64,000 nucleotides of DNA, taken from the sequence record MN642089.1; one strand, given 5' to 3'. Numbering within the stretch: position 1 is the first letter of the stretch; each line of letters starts with the position of its first letter. A program made the translations under genes and the position numbers. Under the pieces are notes generated by a model. The model did not search any database, was not told the origin of the DNA, and saw only the letters and a program-made list of their open reading frames with translations. The DNA is from Klebsiella phage N1M2. Shown in pieces: positions 46,348 through 54,602 of this stretch.

Positions 46348-47412
46348 ATGACCATACTGATTTATAAAGATACAAATTTCGATATGTTCACTCCAATTCA
46401 ATCTGTATTGGGAGTAGATGATTTAAGTGAAGAAGAAAAAGTAAGAGCCAGAGAAGAACATATCAAAGAACAACTATTGAAAAACCCTCGCTATTACTGC
46501 TGGGATTATTTAAATTACTATAGAACGACTAGAGATAGTGATCTAAAAGAAGGGGAACTCTATCAACCATATATCATGGTTTCATCTAGAGGTGAGATAG
46601 CCTGGTGGATGCCAGAAGAAAATGAAGTTCATGTTACCACCGGAACTCATTCTGCTAATTACCTGATGACGCATATATATGACGATGAAAAGGAAGCATT
46701 TAAAAATATCTACATTCATCGTGCCGTTGCTTCTACCTTTATAAGTAAAAAGGAATCGCATAAAGATATACCTTACTCTAAACTTCAGGTTAACCATAAA
46801 GATGGTAATAAATTATGCCCTCATTTCGGTAATCTAGAATGGAGTACCCAATCTGAAAATAGACAACATGCAATAGACACTGGATTAGTTAAGTCTGGAA
46901 TTGATGATCCAAATACTAAACCAGTACTTGGAACAGTCGTAGTAGATAGCATGTGGAAGGGAACACAGTTTGTTATTTATGGTAGAACCGCTATAAAGAA
47001 TCTTGGTTTAGATCCAGCATCCATTCAACAGACAGTGTCAGGTAAAGCTAAAACTACATATGGATGTTCATGGTCATATATAACCAGGGAAGAAGCTGCC
47101 ACGTATACAAACACAATACCACCTCAATTACTTGATAGAATGGTTAATGATGGTGTAACTTTACTATCTACGACCAAACCAGTTATGGGGACTATAGTAA
47201 TTCCTGGAAAACACCAAGGTGATAAGTTCGTATGCTACGGTGGTAAAGAACTAACTAAGTATGGTTTCCAGCAAGCCCATGTGAGCAGGGCCACCAAAGA
47301 TCCATCAATAGTTAGAAGCGGATGTGTTTGGGAGTATGTTGATTTAAGAAAGGCAGAGACATTACCTAGAGGAATAACTGAAGAACAAAGAGTTACACTA
47401 TTTGGTAAGTAA
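46348..47412 (+). CDS. HNH homing endonuclease (free-standing)
   Basis: HNH_3-type motif HRAVASTF...VNHKDGNKLCPHFGNLEWSTQSENRQHA; AT-rich with ATA/AGA codons unlike its neighbours; AGGAAG RBS. Confidence 0.75.
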   Translation: MTILIYKDTNFDMFTPIQSVLGVDDLSEEEKVRAREEHIKEQLLKNPRYYCWDYLNYYRTTRDSDLKEGELYQPYIMVSSRGEIAWWMPEENEVHVTTGTHSANYLMTHIYDDEKEAFKNIYIHRAVASTFISKKESHKDIPYSKLQVNHKDGNKLCPHFGNLEWSTQSENRQHAIDTGLVKSGIDDPNTKPVLGTVVVDSMWKGTQFVIYGRTAIKNLGLDPASIQQTVSGKAKTTYGCSWSYITREEAATYTNTIPPQLLDRMVNDGVTLLSTTKPVMGTIVIPGKHQGDKFVCYGGKELTKYGFQQAHVSRATKDPSIVRSGCVWEYVDLRKAETLPRGITEEQRVTLFGK

Positions 47413-47418
47413 ACATAA

Positions 47419-47445
47419 CCTCTACTCCCATCACGGGAGTAGAGG
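47419..47445. terminator. bidirectional terminator between convergent genes
   Basis: CCTCTACTCCC-atcac-GGGAGTAGAGG. Confidence 0.65.
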
Positions 47446-47454
47446 TCTGTTATG

Positions 47455-48762
47455 CTATCTTAAAATTTGATCCATTGTCATAGATATTGTACGTAGTTGA
47501 GAAACATGCATTGCCTTCATACGAGTTAACATGAACTGTGTAAAGATGTAAACAGCTTCAGCGGAAACACGGTTTTCAATCTTACCCAGTTTCTGACCAC
47601 AGCAAATATGGCAGAGGTTATCTTCAGGTTGAGTGCAGTATTGCGGCACACGCATTTCAACTGTCTTACCAATCAGATCGGTATCTACCTTAGACAATAT
47701 CTTAGGTTGACCACCTACCATATGGAAACCACCAATCCAACCTTTAAAGTTATGTTTATTCAACTTAACAGTTTCAGTTCTTGGTGAACCACAATCATGA
47801 CCAGCTACTCTGATACGGTTAGTTAATAGAATAGCTACCTTAACTTCCGCACCACCTTCACCAGTTGCGTTACCACGGTCGAATGATGCAGAGATTGCGG
47901 TGTTGATATATTCAGGATAGTGGTCTGGATCCCAACCTTCATCCAGTGACTTACGTAACAGGTTATATTTACCAGTGTTAAAGTCAGGAACCATATCAAA
48001 GATAATGAACATCTTCTTACGGGCGTTATCAATAAACTTACCGTTAATGAAGAAGTCTTTAGAAGGACCGGAATATTGGATCTTAGCATCCAGGGCAATT
48101 ACTTTATCAATGGCAACAGCGACAGCCGTAGGATCGTCTAGCTTGCCTTCATCCTCTAACTGCTTGAGTAGTTCATCCCTGAGTTTAATAACCTCTGGGT
48201 GGACTGTGAGGACGTCTATAGATGATGCTTTAACAAAGACCTGGTTCATACCTTCCAGATAGTCTAACTGTTTAGTAACTTTCAAACAGTCATCTACAGA
48301 AGCTTTACCTTCAGGAACTTCTTGACCTGGTTCTGGGTTATCAACCATTAGACCATCGATGATCCCTTGAATGGTACCGCCAGCAATCTTACCATTAAAG
48401 TAATTGGTACGGTTCTGGAATGATTCAAAGAGAACAACGATATTGGTTAAAAAGATCCCTACAGTTGTTTCCATCTTTTCAGTGATGAAATCATGGGATT
48501 CAACGTCAACCGTAATCTTTTCATTCTTATTGAAAAGTGGCAGTGAATAATCGCCGCCTTCGATTGTAACCCTCTGACGGTTTTCATCAAGGAAGTATAT
48601 AGTTTTAGTTTCGTCATCTCGTATAGCAGCATATGGAACATCCTCCAACATCTTCCGGTTAGCCGGATTGTCGTGAACCAAACTAAAGATTGACATTAAA
48701 AACGATTTACGAATGTAAGCTCGTTTCTTGAAGGTGAGAAAGAGATAATCTAACTTATGCAT
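47455..48762 (-). CDS. candidate RNA polymerase beta subunit N-terminal region (distal piece)
   Basis: ISASFDRGNATGEGGAEVKVA loosely matches the beta motif [21 protein letters not shown]; otherwise unassigned. Confidence 0.35.
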   Translation of the reverse strand: MHKLDYLFLTFKKRAYIRKSFLMSIFSLVHDNPANRKMLEDVPYAAIRDDETKTIYFLDENRQRVTIEGGDYSLPLFNKNEKITVDVESHDFITEKMETTVGIFLTNIVVLFESFQNRTNYFNGKIAGGTIQGIIDGLMVDNPEPGQEVPEGKASVDDCLKVTKQLDYLEGMNQVFVKASSIDVLTVHPEVIKLRDELLKQLEDEGKLDDPTAVAVAIDKVIALDAKIQYSGPSKDFFINGKFIDNARKKMFIIFDMVPDFNTGKYNLLRKSLDEGWDPDHYPEYINTAISASFDRGNATGEGGAEVKVAILLTNRIRVAGHDCGSPRTETVKLNKHNFKGWIGGFHMVGGQPKILSKVDTDLIGKTVEMRVPQYCTQPEDNLCHICCGQKLGKIENRVSAEAVYIFTQFMLTRMKAMHVSQLRTISMTMDQILR

Positions 48763-49651
48763 TAAGTTTAACCTTATTCAAAATACTAGTTCCTTTATAA
48801 GCTTCTTCAATGGAATTACAATGTTCTTCCACCAAAGCTGTAAATTGGCCAACAATATCTGTATCGGTCATATAGGAGATTAGCATGAGGCTTAGTACAT
48901 TGGTCAGATAAACTGTGTTATCTTCATCAACTAAAGCTTTAGCCAGTTGGTTGGTGAACAGTTTATGATAACCATCGAAATCTTGACCAACACCGCCGCC
49001 ATTGACGATATGCTCTCCAGCAACAGTTCCTTTTAGGAATTCGCCATTGGCTTTGATTCGTTTTTGTAACCATGGATCTACCCAGGTCTCGTCATCTTGA
49101 TCGATCACATTAATACCGATCATGATACCACGAATAACGTTGGTAGAAACATCCTTGATGTAGTATTCCATGTTCTCCATATCAAACTGTGGTTGAACCA
49201 TTCTTACTACACGAATGAATCTTTCTTTAGGATCAGCTTGGTCATCATTAAGAGTATCATACAGACCAATAAGATCAGTCATACCGTCTACCATAAAAAT
49301 GGTATCCAATACTACGATTAATTCAGGTAATGAGTTTGGATCAATCCAGTCTTTATCAATGATGATTCCCATTATCTGCAAGGCATCAATGATTGTGTCG
49401 ATAAACAACATTCTCATATGTGCCATCATATCTGCAGTACCCAGCGCTTCATCCACTAGGATGTGGGTAATCGTATTGTCGATAAAGCTATCAGGAAAAC
49501 TGATTGCAATTAAATTATACGCCTGGTTGTATTGTGTAGCGTGTTCAGGTGTGCAGCGAGCAATAAAGTCCTGCCACATCTCACCAAGGTTTTCCACACC
49601 TAAATCTACGTTGGTAAGATCGATCATTTCTGACATAGGTTTACCTATCAC
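48755..49651 (-). CDS. candidate RNA polymerase beta subunit N-terminal region (proximal piece)
   Basis: LQKRIKANGEFLK resembles the beta motif GNRRIRSVGEML; overlaps the downstream ORF by 8 nt. Confidence 0.3.
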   Translation of the reverse strand: MIGKPMSEMIDLTNVDLGVENLGEMWQDFIARCTPEHATQYNQAYNLIAISFPDSFIDNTITHILVDEALGTADMMAHMRMLFIDTIIDALQIMGIIIDKDWIDPNSLPELIVVLDTIFMVDGMTDLIGLYDTLNDDQADPKERFIRVVRMVQPQFDMENMEYYIKDVSTNVIRGIMIGINVIDQDDETWVDPWLQKRIKANGEFLKGTVAGEHIVNGGGVGQDFDGYHKLFTNQLAKALVDEDNTVYLTNVLSLMLISYMTDTDIVGQFTALVEEHCNSIEEAYKGTSILNKVKLNA

Positions 49652-49674
49652 TTATATTAAAAGGGTTCATAACA

Positions 49675-50429
49675 TGTCCAAGAAAAACACCGCTCAAGTT
49701 AAAGCTGCTAAGCGTAATGCTCGTGCAAAAGCTAAAGCAAAATCAGTAGCAAAAGCTAAAGCTTGTCCTCAAGCTATCCAGCAACGCAAGCTGCGTGGTG
49801 CATTGGGTGCAGATGGACGTATCGCTGATTTCGATACTGTTCTGGAGAAAGCAGTTCTCGATATCAACAAAGGTAAGAAAGTTACCTCTGAGTTCAAGAC
49901 CACAACTGATATGATCGCTGGTATTAAAGAAGCAATCGGTCAGGTGTTTAAACTGTATTGCTACGTTACTCTCGGTAAAACTCTGGCAGATGCTGGAGCA
50001 ATGGAACATCAGGTAACCATTCCGATTGATGATATCTCCCGTGTACTGATGAACTTCGATAGCCGTATTGGTCGTCTGGAATTCATGGATAAAACTCCAG
50101 TTGAAGAACGTGACAATGTTGCTATTGAAACCGAAGCTCTGGATATCGGTACTAACCTGGCAAGCATCTCTGAAGATCTGTACGGTGAAGTTGCTCGTAT
50201 GGAAACCCATAGCTTGATCATGGAAGAAGCTATTTCCCGTATGGCTCTGGAAATCACTGAAGGTGAACCAGAACAACGTCGCATGGCTGCACTGCAAGCT
50301 GTGGCTTACAAATACCTGGCTGAGCTTAAGCTGCATGATGCCCGTGTTGAGAAAGAACAACGTGAAGCAGCTGACCCAAGTGAACACCTGACAGGTGTTG
50401 ATGAAGCACCATTTGTTCCACAAGTTTAA
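49675..50429 (+). CDS. hypothetical protein with Lys/Ala-rich basic N-terminus
   Basis: ATG at 49675 (track start 49215 is a long antisense extension across the minus-strand gene); MSKKNTAQVKAAKRNARAKAKAKSVAKAKA; host-like codon bias. Confidence 0.5.
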
Positions 50430-50461
50430 TTCATCCATTTATCCTTATATAAGGTATTAAC

Positions 50462-52075
50462 ATGTCTGAGAATATTCCTCAAACTGAAATGCAGGAGAAC
50501 GTGAACAAGGAAGCTGCAATCATTGCACTTACCAATGCTCTCGTTGGTCCAGCAGATGACTACGATCCATCACTGCCTATGTTCCTCGGTACCATGAAAG
50601 AAGAACATGAGGCGATCTACAAAACAGCAGTTGCTTTCCTGGGTTGGCGTGATGCAGCTTCTTCCGGTAAAGAACGTGAGGCTAATGTCCTCAAAGATCG
50701 TTTCGAAGAATTACGCGATACTCACTTTGAAGGCGTAGAAGAAGAATTACTTGGTAACATGCTTACCAACTACTTCCGATTCTATTTCAATGGCTTTGAT
50801 CGCGGGATGGTTCGTAATGCTACAGTTGATGTTACTCGTCAACGTAAAGTTATCAATACGGTACCAATGAAGAACGGCCAACGGTTGGGATTGATTTCTG
50901 CGATTACCCCTACCGTTAAGAGCGAAATGGGTGTGCGTGAACGTATGCGTCGTACATTCCTCAAAGCTTCAGGTTCTCCAGATAGCTTCAACGTTATCCT
51001 GGCTAACTCTCTGATCTTCTTACGTGTTAAGATTCCTACTCCATTGGATCTGGTTCGTCTTATTAACGACATCGTTACCAAGCTTCATATGTACGGTGAA
51101 CGTTATAACCAAACCTCTATCCATTTGGAACGTGCGGGTATCAGTCAGATCCTGGTAGACTTCATTCTGGATCGTGTCAGCTACCACAGCGTCAAAGGTA
51201 TCGATGATCCTATCGAACTGAAGAACTATATCCTCAGTAATGACATCAACCACTTAGCCCAAGCTCTGCTGAAAATCACTTCCCCTAAAGGTGTGACTTA
51301 CCGCATGAACTGCCTGGCTAATAAATGTGGCTGGTCTTCCAATATGGTAATCGATCCAGCTAACATGCTTCTGTATGTTGAAGAAGATCAGCCTGAAGAA
51401 CGTCGGACTCTTCTGTTCAAATTAGTTAACGAAGGTCTTAAACTTTCTCCTGAAGATCTAGCGAATAACCCTCCTGTCTATAAAGACAAAGATGGTAACG
51501 TTCTGGATACCACGGTTGAACTGACAGAAGGTAATGGTCGTCTGGTCATTGATGTTCCTTATCTGTCAGAATACTTCCAGGCTTATGATGAAATGGCTGC
51601 TCGCATTAACCCTGAGTTACGTGAGTTGGCTGTTAAGTTTGCTAACCCTCAGGTGTTTGATGAGAAACGTCGTGAGTATCTGGCCCAGATGCGTGGTCAC
51701 GAATATATCCAATGGTTCCGTTCAATGGAGTTTGATCCACCGGCTGACTCTGAAGGAACTAAGGACGTTATCTATCGTGAAGAGAACCCGAAAGAGTTTG
51801 ATGAAGGTTTGATGGATATCTTCAACAAAGACGATCAGATGTATTATCGTGCTCTGGAAAAGGTTATTACAATCGCACCTCGCATGACCTATACCTATGT
51901 GGGTATTTGTGAAGACGAGTGTCCGAACTGTAAAGAAAAATCAGAAGGGAAAGATCAGGACCAGTTACATAACTTTACTCCTATCGATCCTATCCTGAAT
52001 TTTTTCGACCATACCCGAATGATGATCTCAATCAGAACCGGTCAGCAGAGTTTACAAGAGGACGGTCTTTCCTAA
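50462..52075 (+). CDS. hypothetical protein (537 aa)
   Basis: long ORF with host-like codon bias; C-terminal CPNC pair. Confidence 0.55.
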   Translation: MSENIPQTEMQENVNKEAAIIALTNALVGPADDYDPSLPMFLGTMKEEHEAIYKTAVAFLGWRDAASSGKEREANVLKDRFEELRDTHFEGVEEELLGNMLTNYFRFYFNGFDRGMVRNATVDVTRQRKVINTVPMKNGQRLGLISAITPTVKSEMGVRERMRRTFLKASGSPDSFNVILANSLIFLRVKIPTPLDLVRLINDIVTKLHMYGERYNQTSIHLERAGISQILVDFILDRVSYHSVKGIDDPIELKNYILSNDINHLAQALLKITSPKGVTYRMNCLANKCGWSSNMVIDPANMLLYVEEDQPEERRTLLFKLVNEGLKLSPEDLANNPPVYKDKDGNVLDTTVELTEGNGRLVIDVPYLSEYFQAYDEMAARINPELRELAVKFANPQVFDEKRREYLAQMRGHEYIQWFRSMEFDPPADSEGTKDVIYREENPKEFDEGLMDIFNKDDQMYYRALEKVITIAPRMTYTYVGICEDECPNCKEKSEGKDQDQLHNFTPIDPILNFFDHTRMMISIRTGQQSLQEDGLS

Positions 52076-52185
52076 ACGACTCTAACTTTGATCCCCGTGT
52101 TCTGACACGCTGTAGTGAACTCTTCATCGCAGCGGCCAGGGAAACTGACCATGTGAAATTAGCCGTCTTAGAAAGGCGGCTTTTC

Positions 52186-52518
52186 ATGATCAAGTATGGT
52201 TATATCGCAGAGCAAGAATCGATGAGTTCCCATCTGCGGTATAATACTAATACTAGAGATTACTTCCACCCGTGGGCAGCTAAGGTCATAGGCCACACAT
52301 TCGGGGCTAGAGAGTATAGTAAATTCATTCCTTTCAAAGACTATCTTGAAATGCCAGTGGATTTTATAGAGGACTTCATTGAAGGTTTAGCAGAAGGTGA
52401 ACAAGCTGTCGTCAAAGCTAAACTGGAAGCCGCCAAACGTGAAGCTTCTAAACAAGGTGGTGTTGGTGATCCTCACCAAGCCGCTATCGCTTTAGCTCAA
52501 AAGAGCAATAAAGGATAA
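52186..52518 (+). CDS. hypothetical protein
   Basis: ATG at 52186 (track start 52153 is a GTG). Confidence 0.4.
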   Translation: MIKYGYIAEQESMSSHLRYNTNTRDYFHPWAAKVIGHTFGAREYSKFIPFKDYLEMPVDFIEDFIEGLAEGEQAVVKAKLEAAKREASKQGGVGDPHQAAIALAQKSNKG

Positions 52519-52523
52519 CTATT

Positions 52524-53066
52524 ATGGGTAACGCATACCAACCTCCTAAGTTGGAGAAACGTGAGAATACTGTTGTTAAACAGGTTAAAGATGAAGCCCA
52601 AGGTGATCGTGTACTGGGTGTGAGTTCTGTTAACATGCAAATGTCTGCTGATGATATCTATAAAAAGAACATCACTGACTTTGCTGAATTCCTGAAAGGT
52701 AACATTGCCGCTGGTACTTTGGAAGAACGTCAGAAGTTCCAACGTACTTTCTTTAACTCTATCCCGGCTATGCTTCGTCTGAGCGATGCTCAGGTTAAAG
52801 CGGTCCTGGATCACTTCCTGGTGACCATTGCTGAAAACCGTCAGGTATTCGATTACAGCGTAGTTCTGTCCCCACTGTACACTATCGAATCTCAACTGAA
52901 TAAAGTTGAAGTAGAACGTTACAAGCGCTTCATGCTGTTCATTATCCTGCTGTCTGATAATGCTCGTGATCGTCAACGTTTCCTGGCTAACTTTGACATG
53001 ACTAAGTTTACTAGCATGTTTGATCCGGTCACCAAACAACGTCTGACCAACTACGTATACCGTTAA
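52524..53066 (+). CDS. hypothetical protein
   Basis: 180 aa; host-like codon bias. Confidence 0.55.
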   Translation: MGNAYQPPKLEKRENTVVKQVKDEAQGDRVLGVSSVNMQMSADDIYKKNITDFAEFLKGNIAAGTLEERQKFQRTFFNSIPAMLRLSDAQVKAVLDHFLVTIAENRQVFDYSVVLSPLYTIESQLNKVEVERYKRFMLFIILLSDNARDRQRFLANFDMTKFTSMFDPVTKQRLTNYVYR

Positions 53067-53071
53067 TAAGC

Positions 53072-53110
53072 TCCCTACTCCCTCCGAAAGGAAGGGGTAG
53101 GGGTTTTATG
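53072..53110 (+). terminator. rho-independent terminator (CCCTAC-CCTCC stem family)
   Basis: CCCTACTCCCTCC-gaaag-GAAGGGGTAGGGG then TTTTATG. Confidence 0.7.
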
Positions 53111-53125
53111 TTGTCTATTGATTTT

Positions 53126-53157
53126 CAAGCAGATATTATTAACATGTATAGGTAATG
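53126..53157 (+). promoter_or_regulatory. conserved AT-rich promoter-like motif (CAAGCAGATATTATTAACATGTATAGGTAATG)
   Basis: family member immediately upstream of the 53170 gene. Confidence 0.45.
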
Positions 53158-53169
53158 AAGGAAACTGAA

Positions 53170-53685
53170 ATGAAAGATACATTTAAGAATATAGGTGAGT
53201 CAGAAGTTAAACATCCAGTCCAAGCTGGCAAAGATCTGATTAACCTGCTGACTAAGAAACGTCGCCATGCGTTCAACTACGTCAACCCAATCCCAGCGGA
53301 ACAATCTTTCCGTGACTGTATTCATTATGACGCTCTGTGGATCGGTAGTAACACAGTTAATACGGTAAAGGAAATCGCTGCTCTGAGCTTCCGCACCAAA
53401 AACCTATTTGAAACTTCTATCATACACCCGTCATATAAGTGCAGGGTGGTTTATGGACAACCGTGTATTGATAGTGAGAGCGATGGTATTATTATCCCAC
53501 TTAAGGCTCATGGTGAAGACTGTCATGCACGTCTGTTCGTTTCTGAGTATCGTGATATCGTTCTCCAGGTTAAACTGGGTCGTGAGTTTGAGTGGTTGAG
53601 TCTACCAGTTAAATCCCACCAAGTTAAAGCAGCTTACGATAAGCTGTTTCCTACCATCCAAGTTCCTAACTGTCCCGTGGAGTAA
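53170..53685 (+). CDS. hypothetical protein (possible distant paralog of the 45098/45697 pair)
   Basis: ATG at 53170 with GAAGGAAA RBS; shares AEQSFRD with the 45697 protein. Confidence 0.45.
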   Translation: MKDTFKNIGESEVKHPVQAGKDLINLLTKKRRHAFNYVNPIPAEQSFRDCIHYDALWIGSNTVNTVKEIAALSFRTKNLFETSIIHPSYKCRVVYGQPCIDSESDGIIIPLKAHGEDCHARLFVSEYRDIVLQVKLGREFEWLSLPVKSHQVKAAYDKLFPTIQVPNCPVE

Positions 53686-53687
53686 TA

Positions 53688-53966
53688 ATGACTACTTCTA
53701 CAGTACGCCCAGGTGAACTCACTAATGAGAAATGGGTGGTATCATCCAAAGGTCGTCCATCTAGTTGTGTCGAGATCTCTGCTGTCCAGAATGGCGCACA
53801 TGGTCAGATATCTTGGGGATGGCCAGGGCCAGATAAGATAATCGTACTTGATGATAAAACTGGTTATCATCCAGACTTACCAAATGCTGCAGAGTTAATC
53901 AAAGATGCTGAAGAACTCGCACAAGTGATCTGTGATCACAAAAACAAGAAGTTAGGTTTACTGTAA
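53688..53966 (+). CDS. hypothetical protein
   Basis: 92 aa. Confidence 0.5.
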   Translation: MTTSTVRPGELTNEKWVVSSKGRPSSCVEISAVQNGAHGQISWGWPGPDKIIVLDDKTGYHPDLPNAAELIKDAEELAQVICDHKNKKLGLL

Positions 53967-53999
53967 TAATAACCCTCACCAATAAAAAGGAAATACAAT

Positions 54000-54539
54000 A
54001 TGTTACTCAATCAAGAAAATATCACCACCCTGGCTCAGAAACTGTTCGATGCTATCAAAGGTGCTGAACCAAAAGCAACTTCCATTGAAGTTGATAATCT
54101 GGCACTCATCAAAATCATTGATACCGAATGTGACCACGGGATGGGTACCGATGTATTCGGCGTCTACGTTAATGGTAAACGTCAGGGCGTGATACGTCTT
54201 CCATCGGAACTGGGAACAGCCGACCCTGTTCGCGCCACACTATCTCGCCTTATTGGTGAAACGATCAAGAGCAAAGTGGAAGCTATTACTTCCCACATCC
54301 TCTGTGGTGAAGAAGGTATGCCGAACCCAACCTATGTGACTCGCACTCTTAGCATCATTAAGAAGTGTGAAACCACGCAGGGTATCATGGTATACCAGAT
54401 TATCGTTAATGGTGAAATGGTTGCTAACATTCCTCATGAAGGTAAGATCACCGAACATGACTGGATCTACATCACCGTTCGTGGTATTATCCACAACGCA
54501 GCAATGGATGGCGATTATCATCTGACCGTACTCGAATAA
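54000..54539 (+). CDS. hypothetical protein
   Basis: 179 aa; AAGGAAATACAA RBS. Confidence 0.55.
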   Translation: MLLNQENITTLAQKLFDAIKGAEPKATSIEVDNLALIKIIDTECDHGMGTDVFGVYVNGKRQGVIRLPSELGTADPVRATLSRLIGETIKSKVEAITSHILCGEEGMPNPTYVTRTLSIIKKCETTQGIMVYQIIVNGEMVANIPHEGKITEHDWIYITVRGIIHNAAMDGDYHLTVLE

Positions 54540-54548
54540 CAAACATAA

Positions 54549-54602
54549 CCCCTACCCCTCCTTTCGGAGTGGGTAGGGATCTATGATTACTTATTTTTTT
54601 TT
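54549..54602. terminator. bidirectional terminator (CCCTACCCCTCC stem family)
   Basis: CCCCTACCCCTCC-tttcg-GAGTGGGTAGGG then ATCTATG and a T9 run. Confidence 0.75.

Noticed and set aside
47455-48762. Beta-prime trigger-loop assignment for 47455-48762 based on GGFHMVGG
   Set aside because: An isolated FH-GG match without the flanking EPGTQLTM context; the [19 protein letters not shown]-like stretch favours a (weak) beta N-terminal assignment; beta-prime C is better explained by 38650-40671
49215-50438. 404-aa plus-strand ORF starting at 49215 and 231-aa minus ORF 49743-50438
   Set aside because: The 49215 start is an antisense extension across the minus-strand 48755-49651 gene; the real gene starts at ATG 49675 just after that gene's start; the minus ORF is a shadow of it
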